Assembly (NCBI RefSeq): GCF_006345805.1
Contig: NC_043017.1
Location: 22,568,001 to 22,632,000, forward strand
Reading direction: 5' to 3'
Source of the DNA: Octopus sinensis
Lineage: Eukaryota
Length of the DNA: 64,000 nucleotides
Part shown: piece by piece, positions 12,601-25,966 of the stretch
How the letters are laid out: each line of letters begins with the position of its first letter
How positions within the stretch are numbered: position 1 is the stretch's first letter
The notes under the pieces: generated by a model
Seen by the model: only the letters and a program-made list of their open reading frames with translations
Databases searched by the model: none
What the model was told of the DNA's origin: nothing
Translations under genes and position numbers: made by a program

Positions 12601-12952
12601 TTCTTTTACACATTCCAGTCATTTGGCTACGGCCATGCTGGAGCAACACTTTAAAGGGTTTTAGTCAAAGAAATCAACCCCCAGAACTTAATCTTTGTTA
12701 GCTTAGTACTTATTCTATCAGTCACTTTTGCTGAACTGCTAGATTACAGGGACATAAACATACCAGCATCGGTTATCAAGTAATGGTGGGGGGGGGACAA
12801 ACATAGACACAGACATACACACATAAATATATATATATATATACAACAGGCGTCTTTCAGATTCCATCTACCAAATCCACCCACAAGGCTTTGGTCAGCC
12901 AGAGACTATAGTAGGAGGCACTTGCCCAAGGTGCCATGCAGTGGGACTGAGC
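12601..12952 (-). mobile_element. SINE-A, diverged
   Basis: ccatgctggagca…acacttgcccaaggtgccatgcagtgggactga. Confidence 0.8.
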
Positions 12953-13049
12953 ATCCAGATGCTAAGAGCAGGATGTGCCTGTTTTTAACAAAGACATTTC
13001 TGAATGACATTATGACATAAGTAATCAGAAATACCTTCCAATACCACCT

Positions 13050-13540
13050 CACTTCCTGAGGATCTGACCAAAGAAAAAAGATAGGAAGGGAGAATAAGGC
13101 AATAATAAGGGACAAATGAAGGCAAGGAGAGGATGGGCATAGAGGAGAAGAGGACAGGTGGTGAGGAAGGAAGGCGATAGCAATAATGATAAGGAGGAGG
13201 AAGGAGGAAGGGAGAAGGAGGAGGAAAGAGGGAGAGAGGAGGAGGGAGGAAGGTAGAAGAAGAAGGAAAGAGGGGGAGAGGAGGAGAAGAGAGATATGCT
13301 AAAGAAGAGTAGGGAGGAACGAGGAGGAGGAGGGTTGGTCGAGGAGGAGGAGGAAGAGTGAGGAAAATGGGAGAACAAGGACAGAAGAGGGAGAAAAACT
13401 GGAGGGAGGGAGAACTGGGAGGAGGGAGAAGAACTGGAAAGAGGGAGAAGAACTGGAAAGAGGGAGAAGAACTGGGAGGAGGGAGAAGAACTGAGAAGAG
13501 AGAAAACTGAGAGGAAGAAGAGGAGGTGGGAGAGATGAGG
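13050..13540 (+). repeat. Polypurine (GGA/GAG) low-complexity tract with a ~21-bp gaagaactggaaagagggaga subrepeat
   Basis: Directly visible. Confidence 0.9.
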
Positions 13541-14491
13541 AGGCAGTGAAGATGATAATCTAATTTATTGTTGCTTTTTTTTTCTGAAAACCCCATGAAA
13601 CACAAAAAATATAAGGAATAAGTTAAACAAGTGGTCTGCTTAGGGTTACTGCAGCTGATAGTTGCAGGGATTAGTGTGGTTAAGGCATGAGGTAAAAGTG
13701 GCACCATTTTACTTAGGTTTAAAATCTGTATTGACCCCTAACGCTACAATAATATTTTGTTTCCTTTATTTGACAGATATTAACAGCTGCTGGAGGACTT
13801 TCAGAACTTCTGTCAAGAAGATATAAAGGATATGTGTGTGCTTGCGTGTGAGAGACAGAAAAAGGGGAAACAAGGGGGAAGAAGTGATAACCCTTTTTTT
13901 TTTCCTTTTTGTCCTTTTGAATAATACACGGAGGGAGCAACAGTGAACATGGAACCCTAAGGAATGTGTACTTATTAGTTTGATACTGTTCTGTGGTAAT
14001 GGAGTGGTGAAGTTAACAAAATAAGTAGATACAAATGAAAGAGCAAAGTATTATAAAACAGGGAAGGAAAAAAAATTGCGAAGAAGGCAGGGAAAAAAAA
14101 GGTGCAAAGTGTAAAAAAAGAAAATACAAAACGAAGGATGCTATATTAATTGTGGTGGCAGAAGTAGGGGGAGGAGCTGCTGTTGGTGACTGAGTGAAAG
14201 GAGGAGAAAGAGGACGAGGAAAGTGAACAGTGATGAAGTCAACGAGACTGTAATGGTGTCCCACTTAAGATCAAATGCTTCAATGGACTGCACAGCAGAA
14301 CTGCATGATTGCTGAAGGGTGAAGAACTGTGTCTATTTTAAGTGGTGATGCGAAGAAGGATATCATAGACTCGTTTTTCTGTCATTATTCAATGGAATGT
14401 CACTCACTGAAGAAATTGTTGGAAGTAAATAAGGAAACAGCAACAAAATGAAAAATAACATACGGGAGAAGCCGTGATGGAATGGCAAACA

Positions 14492-15046
14492 GTAGGTAAG
14501 GAGGACAGGAGAAGAAGTCTGGACCCCAATGAACAGATGAGGAGAGGAAGGGTTTATATATGATGACAGGATGTGTATGTTGGGATGGGAAAGTGTAGGT
14601 AAGGAGGACAGGAGGAGAAGTCTGGACCCCAATGAACAGATGAGGAGAGGAAGGGTTTATATATGATGACAGGATGTGTATGTTGGGATGGGAAAGTGTA
14701 GGTAAGGAGGACAGGAGAAGAAGTCTGGACCCCAATGAACAGATGAGGAGAGGAAGGGTTTATATACGACTAGCAGTATCGCCCGGCGTTGTTTCTGATT
14801 CTCGACCCCATGTCGAATTTATCGATTTTTTTCAGAACTGGGGGAACTTTTCAAAATTTTCGCTGCGTTAGTTTTGAATTATGACATTGGGCTATGTGTG
14901 TGTGTCAAGTTTCATCAGAATCGGTTGAAAGCCATGGTCAGGGTGAGGGTACAAGCAAACAGACACACAGAAACACGCACAGACAAACTGCCGTTTATAT
15001 AGAGAGAGATGACAGGATGTGTATGTTGGGATGGGAAAGTGTAGGT
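14492..15046 (+). repeat. 103-bp tandem repeat x3; third unit split by a Helitron-type insertion
   Basis: Units start at 14492, 14595 and 14698 (gtaggtaaggaggacagg…gggaaagt). Unit 3 resumes at 15010. Confidence 0.95.
14770..15009 (-). mobile_element. Non-autonomous Helitron-type element (240 bp)
   Basis: On the minus strand it begins TC and ends CTAG, is inserted between A and T, and has no TSD; comparison with the intact tandem units gives the exact junctions. These are established Helitron hallmarks. CpGs are intact, suggesting a young copy. Confidence 0.8.
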
Positions 15047-15389
15047 GGAGTGAAGATAAGGGGTAGGTGAGGAAGGAATAATATGGAGAAGAAATGGCAA
15101 GGAATAGATTAAAAAAAGTGGAGACAAGTAAATAAAGAGATCCTACATGGTTGTGGTGTGTTAAACATAACAGATAGCTACTCAGGGCATCTTTTGATAG
15201 GTTTTTTTTTTTCTTTTTTTTTGCCAGTTAGTCAGGAAGGAAAAGACAATATACATGGCCCTTTATTTTTAGGGCCTTTGAGTCTGTTAAGGGCAAGGAA
15301 GGAAGTTATCGAATTAGAGGCCTAACCTGAATGCTTACAACTGCTTGAACTCCACTCAGAACATCTTAAGATGAGGCAGTGGTGTTAAA

Positions 15390-15705
15390 TTGGGAAACAA
15401 TTTAAGGACTGCCATCCAAGAACTTATATGGCAAAAAGCCAGAAGAAATACCACAAGACCTTTTGTCTGATATTCTAACCCATCCACCAATCCACTGTTC
15501 TGAACTCTGAAAGGGAACATTGAACTTGGCAGAATTTAATCTCAGAGCACAGAAAACCAGAACAAACACCACAAGGCATTTTGTTCTACATTCTGTTTCC
15601 TTCACAGCCAACTTCAGCCCCTTCTTGAGTTGGCAGCAAAAGAAGGGCCAGAAATAATACCTTAAGGCATTTTGTCCTACATTCCAACAACTCTGCTAAT
15701 TTGCC
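15390..15705 (-). mobile_element. Degenerate SINE-B-like heads
   Basis: Repeated aaggcattttgt(t/c)ctac and gcagaatttaatctcagagca resemble the reverse complement of the SINE-B head. Confidence 0.45.
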
Positions 15706-16189
15706 AGTATACAAAGGATACACAAAGATCTCAAAGGAAGATCGTATTATGAAGAATGCATCATTATTACAAAGAATGCATCACAATGGAATCCAACTGA
15801 TAAGTCTTGGAAATCATTAACATTAATGCTAACAGTTTTCTCTATTGATTATCCAGTTGGAAACCAAGCTGAAATCTTTGTAACAGAGTGAATTCTGCCA
15901 AAAGAAACCAATTGGTTGTTGTCAAACTGGGCAATGACAGCATTAGTGAGGTCACCAGGTTACTTGGATGACAAGAAAAAAACCCCACTTGACTGAGTAG
16001 GAGTGTATTTTGAGAGAGAGGCAGATGTCTTTATACCAACAACTGAAAGGCTTAAAGTATGATAAAGGGACAAGCATAAAGAAATGAAAGAAAAGCCTTA
16101 TCAAACACCTTTATCATTTAAAGAGACTTCTTTTTCATTTTCTCATATAAAAGGGAATCTTGCTCCACTGATAGAATAGGCCTTTAGAC

Positions 16190-16664
16190 CAGCAGTTCTC
16201 AACCATTCTTTGCTGATAAACTCCTTTGATTCCTACATTACTCAGAGTCAAGACCCTTGTAACAATTCAATGTCTAAAGATTCCTATTATATTTTTATGG
16301 TCAAATACGTGGGGTACTGAAAAGTTCTTGGATTTAAGGTGAAAAACCTGGTTGGAGGCTCAACCTTTCAAATTCTTTTACAGGGCTTAGAAAAACTAAA
16401 GGACTGCTGCAATAAGTGTGTGAATCTGAGAAGGAAATATGTTGAATAAAATCATAATTAACTGATCTTCCTGTATTTTCTTTTACCCCAAAACCAGGAA
16501 CTTTCTAGCACCCCATTGTATTATTAGGAATTGCATTAAAAAATCATTTAAATATTTCATGTATTGTAGAAATATAACCAGTTTAATGCAGATAAATTTT
16601 AACAACAAAATCTTTTATGGGCCCCTCCCCCAAGGGCCATATAAACCCCAAGTGAGAACCACTG
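16190..16664. mobile_element. hAT-type MITE with 8-bp TSD, containing a mariner-derived insertion
   Basis: TIRs cagcagttctcaacc / gtgagaaccactg. Perfect TSD CTTTAGAC at 16182-16189 and 16665-16672. Confidence 0.9.
16308..16518 (+). mobile_element. Mariner-derived deletion derivative (MITE)
   Basis: TA|cgtggggtactgaaaagtt … aactttctagcacccc…|TA. Internal frame QGLEKLKDCCNKCVNLRRKYVE* resembles the mariner transposase C-terminus. Confidence 0.85.
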
Positions 16665-17547
16665 CTTTAGACAAAAGATTAAATCCTGGTCAACACAAAA
16701 CTTGTAACAAATTTGTCTTAATTTTGAGTCGATCCCTCAGTTAAGGATACGTTGTTATTGTTAAGTTTACTTTAAAATAATATCCTCAAATTGATATTTA
16801 CAGGTGAAGCTAATCTAATGCAAGAAGAAAAGAAAGGAACTTTAACAAACCTCTGAAACTCAGCTCATAACAAAAATGGATTTTAAACTAGTTATGATGA
16901 TGGCAATATATTATTAATATAACAACCTTAGTACTAATCAGAATGGTAATGATGATACAGATGATAATACTGGTGATGATGGCATTCATAACAATGAGGG
17001 ATGTTAGTAGCAGGCATTAAATTTAAATTATAAACATATTTTATATAATTTGGGATTTGAATTATGAAAGTCTAAACTAAAAAATTTGCCATGCGAAATG
17101 AATAAAAAATAGAAAAGATACTTCAAAAGTTGTTTATGAAGTCAATATGTAATTCATCAAAAAGGAAGTTAAAAGAAAAATGGATAATTTTTATTAGTTT
17201 CCATCAAATTATTATTTTTTTTTCTTCTTTAAATAAGGGATTTTTCAAAGAACTTTCTGCTTTGATGTTGTAGCGTTATTGTCTGCAATCTGTACACACT
17301 CTCAAAGTATACTTTTGTATGTGATGCATCTGCATACCGATATATAAGCAACATATATGTGTGTGGTGTACGCATGTATATATATACATACACACATATA
17401 TATATATATATATATATAATATATATATACACACACACACATATAAATATACATGTGTGCATGTGTGTGTGTAGAGAGAGAGAAAAGCATTCAATACCCG
17501 TAACAGAACTTTATTTTCTTATTATTAGGAATAAATTGTGTGTGTGT

Positions 17548-17579
<32 letters not shown>

Positions 17580-17807
17580 TTCATTATTTTCATATCCGCT
17601 CTTCCATACTGGTATAGGTTGGGTGAGATTTTTTTGAGGCAGTGTTTTACAATTAGATGCCTTTCTTGATGTTAACCCTTTTAGCTGCTTCTTACAACAC
17701 ACAGGGATGCAGTGTACTTATTCTAAAAAAACTGGAATTCTCACACACATACATACACATACACTCACCACAAACAAACACATTTGAAAGCCAATATCTA
17801 TATATAT

Positions 17808-18020
17808 GAAGCCGGTGAGCTGGCAGAAACGTTAGCATGCTGAGCGACATGCTTAGCAGTATTTCGTCTGTCTTTATGTTCTGAGTTCAAATCCCACCAA
17901 TGTCGACTTTGCCATTCATCCTTTCAGGGTCGATAAATAAAGTACCAATTGCATACTGGGGTTGATCTAATTGAGTGGTCCCCTCCCCAAAAATTTCTGG
18001 CTATGTGCTTAGAGTAGAAA
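17808..18020 (+). mobile_element. SINE-B
   Basis: ggtgagctggcagaaacgttagc…gggtcgataaataagtacc. Confidence 0.85.
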
Positions 18021-18128
18021 ATAATATGTATATATATGAAGGCGGCAAGCTGGCAGAAACGTTAAAAAGGAATATATGTGTGTGTGTGTGTGTTGTGTAG
18101 ATACTAACACAATATTCACATATTCACA

Positions 18129-18360
18129 AGGCAGCGAGCTGACAGAATCGTTAGCACACCAGGCGAAATGCTTAGTGGTATTTTGCCTGTCACTGCATTC
18201 TGGGTTCAAATTCCGCCAAGGTCAACTTTGCCTTTCATCTTTTCAGGGTTGATAAATTAAGTACCAGTTACGCACTGAGGTCGATGTAATCGACTTAATC
18301 CCTTTATCTGTCCTTGTTTGTCCTCTCTATGTTTAGCCCCTTGTGGGCAATAAAGAAATA
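18129..18360 (+). mobile_element. SINE-B, full length, with TSD
   Basis: Flanked by acaatattcaca at 18109-18120 and 18361-18372; tail …gggcaataaagaaata. Confidence 0.9.
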
Positions 18361-18800
18361 ACAATATTCACATACTTTTATATACATACACATTAGGTAC
18401 CTGTTGATTGTCAAAATATTATTATTATTATTATTTATTGGCAGCACCCATTTTCCTAAGCAGCTGTCTGACTTACTACAATATGCAGGTTTTAAAATCT
18501 TTGAACATCACGCACAAAATTTAAAAATTAGGAACTTCATCCATAAAATTCTTAGATTTTTATCTCCAATCAGGCTATAAACACAACAGACTACCTTTTG
18601 GAAAAGGAACATTAAGTGCTACATCAAGAGATTGTAATCATTTTAAGTAGCACAGGCATTTTCAGAATGTGATATTAATTTATGCAATTTGATTCTATCT
18701 CCTTTTCCAAAACCTGAGCTAAACAGGTCACCCAATTGGTTTTTTGGGGTTTTTTTTTCGACTACATCTCTCTGAAACTATCCTTCTTTCTATACCTTAC

Positions 18801-18856
18801 CTGCACAATCTTATGAGATCCAGAAAATGCAACAGACTCTGTCCCTTCTACTTGGG
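18801..18856 (-). CDS. Candidate internal exon (56 nt), product unknown
   Basis: ttcattagattttag| … cag|gtaagg; open as (x)QVEGTESVAFSGSHKIVQ. Supported by splice signals only; no homology recognised. Confidence 0.2.
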
Positions 18857-19008
18857 CTAAAATCTAATGAACACTTATAAGATGAGTGTAAGGGCTCATA
18901 TTTTTGAGATGGAGGTCTAGTCAATTATATCAGGCAGGAAAAATTTTTCCTTGAGGACATTAGAAGTGAAAGTTAAAGTTAAATAATTAAATGTCTTTCT
19001 TCAACAAT

Positions 19009-19405
19009 GGGTGCAGGAGTGGCTGTGTATTAAGTAGCTTGCTTACCAACCATATGGTTCTCAGTTCAGCCCCACTGCGTGGCACCTAGGGCAAGTGTCT
19101 TCTACTATAGCCTTGGACCAACCAAAGCCTTGTGAGTGGATTTGGTTGATGGAAACTGAAAGAGGCCATCATGTGTGTGTGTGTGTATGTTTTTGTATTT
19201 GTGTGTGTGTGTCCCACCCAACCCAATATCCCCTGATAATCGATGTTGGTGTGTTTATGTCCCTATAACTTAGCAGTTTGGCAAAAGAGACAGATAGAAT
19301 AAGTACTAGGCTGACAAGGAATAAGTCCTGAGGGCGATTTTCTCAACTAAAAGGCAGTGCTCCAGTATGGCCACGGTCACATGACTGAAACAAGTAAAAG
19401 AATAA
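19009..19405 (+). mobile_element. SINE-A, full length
   Basis: gcaggagtggctgtgt…gactgaaacaagtaaaag. Confidence 0.9.
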
Positions 19406-19799
19406 ACTATATTGCAAATCTAGCTCACAAGATTTTTAATTAAACAATACTTCGTTAGACTATGACTTTCTTTTTAATTTCTTGTTCAGTAATTAAAACC
19501 CAGTTTGGAATAGCGACGTTGCTTGTTATTGTTCAAATTCTGTCAAAGTAAGTCATTGTAATAACCAGCAAAAATACTTTATAATGTGAAGTGTATTGAT
19601 CTATGAGGGGTGCGGTGGGGAGAGTCATCACCAATCATTTAATTGACAAATTATGTCCCAATCACAGTTTATCGCAAATATTCAACAATAAAAGACAAAT
19701 CTTATTCAGATGAAATCATTAAAATTTTCATTAGAATCAAAATACTTCTCAATAATCTTACTTCGAGGTTATTCAAGTGATTATGAAAACATATGCTGC

Positions 19800-20307
19800 A
19801 TATATATATATATATATATACATAATATATATACACTATAATCTATACATATATATATATCATATACATATATATATATACACATATATCTATACACATA
19901 TATATATATACACACACATATTATATATAATATAATATTAATACATATATATTATATACATATATATATATCTATACATATATATATATACACACTATAT
20001 ATATACACACATATAATATATACACACATATATATATATACACACATATATATATACATAATATATATATAACATATATATATATATATAACATATATAT
20101 ATATATATATCTATATACATAATATATATATATACATATATATATATAATACATATACATACATATACAAAATATAATATACATTATATATATATACATA
20201 CATATACATACATATACATATATACATATACATACATACACACATACATATACATACATACATATTTAATACATACATACATATACATACATACTTTATA
20301 TATATAC

Positions 20308-20342
<35 letters not shown>

Positions 20343-20347
20343 CAATA

Positions 20348-20381
<34 letters not shown>

Positions 20382-20402
20382 CACACATATATATATATAT
20401 TA

Positions 20403-20435
<33 letters not shown>

Positions 20436-20533
20436 TATATATATATACACATATATATATATATACACATATATATATATATAATATATAAACACATATA
20501 TATATACACATATATATATATATACACCATATA

Positions 20534-20590
<57 letters not shown>

Positions 20591-20608
20591 CACACATATA
20601 TATATATA
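19800..20608. repeat. TA/CA compound microsatellite (~0.8 kb)
   Basis: Directly visible. Confidence 0.95.
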
Positions 20609-21290
20609 GGGACAGAGAGATGAACAGATAAACAGACGAACTGACCAGTAGACTATTTGTTAGAATATTGCAAAGCTATAAAAAAAAAAAAAATACTGTC
20701 AAGCTATATTTTGAATGCCACTTCATTCTGATCTTATCCAAAACTATAATTACCAACAAATCTAATTTTCTGCTATTGTCAGATTCTTAGTTATTCATTT
20801 AAAGAAGAAAAAGAAAAAAAAAAAAAAGAAAGAAGCAAAGTAGTGCAGTAACTCAACAAGAAAATCTGTTCATGACAAAAAAGTTGAAGTAATTCACCAT
20901 AAAAACTGTCCTTCTTGAAACAAGTAGAGATCTGGTTAATTGAAGTGAATTTCCACTAAATTTCAGTGTTGCTATTTTTCTTAGTTTTCTCTTTCTTTTT
21001 TTATATGTGTTTTTCTGGTTTGTTGAATTCATTTCTAAATTTAACTGATAAAGTCTGATAATCTTTTGATAAAAGAGTGGAAATAGGTTGATTCGCTAAA
21101 ACCAGTCTATCATAGAGAATTATCATCCTCATCATCATCATCATCATTCAACACCTCTGTTCCTTGTTGGTATGAGTTGGATGGTTTGGCAGGGTCCAAT
21201 GGACCCAAGGACCATACATGTGCTCCAGTATTTGCTTGGTATGGTTTCCACAACAGCCTTTCCTAATACAAACTACTTTACAGTGTATCT

Positions 21291-21516
21291 TTTATACTTG
21301 TTTTATTTATTTGACTGTGGCCGTACTGGAGCACTGCCTTGAAGAATTTTAGTCAAATGAATTGACCCCAGGACTTTTCTTTCAAAACCTGGTGCTTGTT
21401 CTACTGGTGTCTTTTGCTGACCTGCTAAGTTATAGGTACATAAGCACACCAACACTGGTTGTCAAGCAGCAATGATGGGGGACAAATGCAGACACACACA
21501 CACACACAGATATATG

Positions 21517-21573
<57 letters not shown>

Positions 21574-21750
21574 GTATGTATATATGTATGTATGTGATGA
21601 GATTTTTTTCAATTTCTTCCTACCAAATCCTCACACAAGGCTTTGGTTGGCCCAAGGCTTCAGTAGAAGACACTTGCCCAAGGTGTCACGCAGTGCAACT
21701 GAACCCAGAACCTTGTGGTTGGGAAGCAAAGTTTTTACCACACCACCATA
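21291..21750 (-). mobile_element. SINE-A, diverged, with an expanded (CATA)n
   Basis: gactgtggccgtactggagcactgcc … acacttgcccaaggtgtcacgcagtg. Confidence 0.85.
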
Positions 21751-22837
21751 TTTGGATGCTTTTTTCATGCCTCCAGCTCTAGTAAGTTTGCCATGCAACT
21801 TGCAAAACTATAAACCCTAAATGAGGAGGAGGTGCAATACACTAGGAGGGCAAGGAGTAGAGAGGGGCATGAGATAAAGGACCAGAGAAAAATGGGTTTC
21901 TTGTTGTAGAGGAGCTATATGACAATTCACATTTTAGCATGCAAAGAGAGCCTGAAAATGAATTCAGTAGTGATGAAGTGTCAGAGTGGACCCTCAAGAT
22001 ATGAGGTACTTAGGAATGGGTTGGGTAGGGTTGACAGGAGTGAATGTGTGAAGCAGGGGATGTCTGATAGTGCACCTAAAACTTGATGAGGTTTGCATGT
22101 TCAGATTTTTACCAGTACCAGCTTAGAAAATAGGTGTGACACTTTATTTATGTTTGAGCAATTAATGTAATGGAAAAGCAGCCAGATATAGAAAATTTAT
22201 TCATTTGATAAATTGTGTTTATTTACATTACAGATATGTAGATGAATATATACAAGAATATTAAGAATATAAAATATAAAAGAAGCTAAATGTAATAGAC
22301 TATATGATATGTATGAAGTTAGGTTGAACACTAGATTAAATCTACAATGTATTTTAAATAGAAAATCTAATCAGTTAGAAATAATTTTGTTGTGTTTGTT
22401 TACATTTCAGCAGTAATGGAAATGAGGTAAAAACGAAATCAATAAATTTTACTAATTGGAATAATATATTGATCTGGTAATTGCCAATAAATTTATGTTT
22501 TATTGTTTATATGAATCACTTCATTAGAATATACCAAGAATTTTTGTTTTTGTCATCTGGTGGTTACCAATTTGGAAATGATACATATGCTTCAATAATA
22601 TATATATATATATCAACAACTTAATACAATAAATGATTGCTTAAAGGCCAAGCAAAAGGAAATTTCAAACAAACTACAATCAGAGTTTTTACCTTCCTAT
22701 TAAACACCTAATCAAGAACTCAATATACACATTTATGCACCAGTTCTACAGATTATTAGGAATAGGTATTAGGAACTACTATTTACATCTGATCCCAAAA
22801 TATAAATGACTATATAAAAAAAGGACAATAAAAGGAA

Positions 22838-22996
22838 GCTGTGTGGTAAGTAGCTTGCTAACCAGCCACATGGTTCCGGGTTCAGTCCCACTGCGTGGCA
22901 TCTTGGGCAAGTGTCTTCTGCTATAGCCCAGGGCCAACCAATGCCTTGTGAGTGGATTTGGTAGATGGAAACTGAAAGAAGCCTGTTGTATATATT

Positions 22997-23027
<31 letters not shown>

Positions 23028-23238
23028 TTGTGTGTCTGTGTTTGTCCCCCTAGCATTGCTTGACAACCGATGCTGGTGTGTTTACGTCCTTGTCACTTAG
23101 CAGTTCGGCAAAAGAGACCGACTGAATAAGTACTGGGCTTACAAAGAATAAGTCCCGGGGTCGATTTGCTTGACTAAAGGCGGTGCTCCAGCATGGCTGC
23201 AGTCAAATGACTGAAACAAGTAAAAGAGTAAAAGAGTA
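22838..23238 (+). mobile_element. SINE-A, slightly 5'-truncated
   Basis: gctgtgtggtaagtagcttgc…gaaacaagtaaaagagtaaaagag. Confidence 0.9.
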
Positions 23239-23479
23239 TAGGTGTTTGGGCTGAGTGAATCTTCTGCAAATATTAACAAGTGGACAATGACCATTGCTCC
23301 TTTAGATTTAGGGTTTGCTGGGATGTTTTTTTTTATTTTTTTATTTTTTTTTTTTTGTAGGTTAAAGATCTTCAATCAAGTTTTGCAAAACCAAACGTGA
23401 GAGTGTGTTGTTTCTTCTTATCACGTAGCATTTTAGGAAAATATTGGAAGAAATGAAATAGGGTTCAACAAAAGCACGG

Positions 23480-23784
23480 AGGTGATTGTTGTAAACAACA
23501 AAGAAAGAAAGAAAGAAAGAAAGAGAAGTGAAAGACTAGTGAGGATGATGAGAAAATACAAAGAAGAAGAAGAAAAGGAAAAGGGAGAATCAAGTTGTAA
23601 GAGCAAGACAAAGAATAAATGGGGAAAGTTTGGAGGAGAAAAAACCCTACAAAAAGTGAAATAAGAAAATATAAAACAAGCAGGGAACAGGAGAGAAAAA
23701 TGTTAGAGAATGGCACTAAAAGAAAATTTAAGCAAAATTAGAGATGAAGAAATTCATAAAGGAACAAAAAAGAATGAAACAATG

Positions 23785-23816
<32 letters not shown>

Positions 23817-23928
23817 CACATATGCAAATAAAGGAGAATGAATGAAATAGCAGAAGGACAGCTGATTGGCTGACCATCTGAAACGTGACAACCAATGGGA
23901 AACCAAAATGCATGCCAGTGATGATGAT

Positions 23929-23959
<31 letters not shown>

Positions 23960-24730
23960 GAGGAGGAGAAGAAGAAGAAGGAGAAGAAGAAGAAGAAGAA
24001 GAAGAAGAGAAGGAGAAGGAGGAGAAGAAGAAGGGCAGAAGCAGCAACAACAAGATACAAAAGAAAGGAAGATAATGGTCAACGGAAAGAAGAATGAAAC
24101 AAAATGAAATTTTAAAAGGGAATGAGAGGAAAGAGAGAGAAGAATAAGCAGAAAAAAGAATGAAACAAAAGGAAATTGTAAAAAAAGAATGAAAGGAAAG
24201 AGAGAGAAGATTGAAACGAAGGGAAGAATAAGCAGAAAGAAGAATGAAACAAAATGTAAGTTTGAAAGAATGATTGAAAATATGAAAGAAAGAAGGAAAG
24301 AACGAAGGAAAGAAAGAAAGAAAGAAAGAGAAAAATGAAACAGAAATAACAAAGTAAAGAGAAGACTGAAATAAAAGAAAGGATAAACAGAAAGAATGAA
24401 AGAGGTAAAAGGAATGAAAAAGAAAGAAAAATGGAGCAGAAAGAAGAATGAAAAAGAAGAAAAAAACAGAGAGTAAAATTAAATGAGTAGAATGAAATCT
24501 TAGAGATTAGAGTGATAAGGAAAGAAGAACAAGAGTAAAAAACGAAGCATAGATATGAATGAAGTCAAAGAAAAATGAAAGAGAATGAAGAATGAGAAAG
24601 CTGAACGAAGCAGAGAGAGAGAGAGAGAGAGAGAAAGGAATGAAAAAGAAGAGAGCAAAAGGAGGAAATGAAATGGTTAAATGGATGAAGGAAAAAAAGA
24701 TGCAAAAAGAAGGGAAAAAGCAACAGAAGG
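23480..24730 (+). repeat. ~1.25-kb purine-rich (GAA/GAAA/GA) low-complexity tract
   Basis: Directly visible; includes a (GAA)n/(GGA)n run at ~23930-24030 and imperfect 70-80-bp aagaatgaaacaaaa units at ~24090-24260. Confidence 0.9.
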
Positions 24731-24993
24731 AATCACAATTAAGCAGAATATATACATTATGTATATATTGGTTTGTTAATGATGATGATGTGGATGCAAG
24801 GGAGAATGACGATGATGACGATGATGGTTGTGGTGGTTGTGGTGATTAAGTAGTGACATATACAAAATGACAAAAGGAAGACATTGCTAGATTTACAGCC
24901 ACAATGATGTAGAATTAGGGTGTTGCTAATGGAAAACCCCGGCCAAGGACATAAATAACTTCCTAGCTATTATGGTAGGATTCACATAAGAGG

Positions 24994-25032
<39 letters not shown>

Positions 25033-25231
25033 CGTGTGTGTGCGTGTGTGGTTGTTACACTCTCAGAAAGCTCTATCATTTACAATTCTTTGCTAAAACT
25101 CGGACAGGTAATAAGTATCTCACTTTTTATACCTAATCTTTATACATAAATAAATGTATTCCTGCATGTGTGTGTGCAAGTGTATAAGCATAAATATTTG
25201 TGTTTGGATGTGTGAGTATATATATTGTGTG

Positions 25232-25287
<56 letters not shown>

Positions 25288-25381
25288 GTTTATGTTTATG
25301 TGTGTGCATATCTGATACCATGTGTAACATGCTTACATGTACAAACATTATTAATAAAGATCATCAGATCCAAAATCTTAC

Positions 25382-25429
25382 CAAAAGTATTTCCAGAAAG
25401 TAATAACATTAAAAGCTTCAATTCTTCTG
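25382..25429 (-). CDS. Candidate internal exon (48 nt), product unknown
   Basis: attcttctgtatag| … ttg|gtaaga; open in two frames (EELKLLMLLLSGNTF or RRIEAFNVITFWKYF). Splice signals only. Confidence 0.15.
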
Positions 25430-25694
25430 CTATACAGAAGAATAGTCATCCATATTTCAGAAACACAATAAGAAACGAAGAGAAAATGTGCATAACCCAG
25501 CTTAGAGCATATGAATTAATACTACATAAGAATATATATATATTTACAAAATAATTTTGGTGTGATAACCTCTAGAAAGAATATATAGGTCTGGCAATCC
25601 AATGAGAGCACCTTTATTTGGTTGCTAGAAATAACAGATAAATCTTTCTCAAAAATATCCTACTACTTTAGAAAAGGAAGAACATTTTAAGTAA

Positions 25695-25800
25695 GAGGCT
25701 ATAGTAGAAGACACTTGCCCAAGGTGCCGCGTAGTGGGACTGAACCCGGAACCATGTGGTTGGTAAACAAGCTACTTACCACACAGCCACTCCTGCACCT
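25695..25800 (-). mobile_element. SINE-A head fragment
   Basis: gaggctatagtagaagacacttgccc…ccactcctgcacct. Confidence 0.85.
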
Positions 25801-25966
25801 AACTGTTAACTAAAGACACAATAGGAACAAAAGACTCAGCACAAAAGCTCATTCTTCTATACACACATGACTAATAGCCAATGTTGAGCCATTTAACATG
25901 GTAAGTCAGAAACTACTGAAACGTTATTTCAAATACCATCTTTTGGGGGAAAAACCCTCATGCAAC

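Noticed and set aside
12985-13707. 240-aa Pro/Ser/Leu/Phe-rich ORF, and similar ORFs at 23.7-24.3 kb
   Set aside because: Antisense reading of polypurine low-complexity tracts.
14363-14735. Two ORFs with an identical N-terminus (MGSRLLLLSSLP…) resembling a signal peptide
   Set aside because: They result from the 103-bp tandem repeat; there is no splice or homology support.
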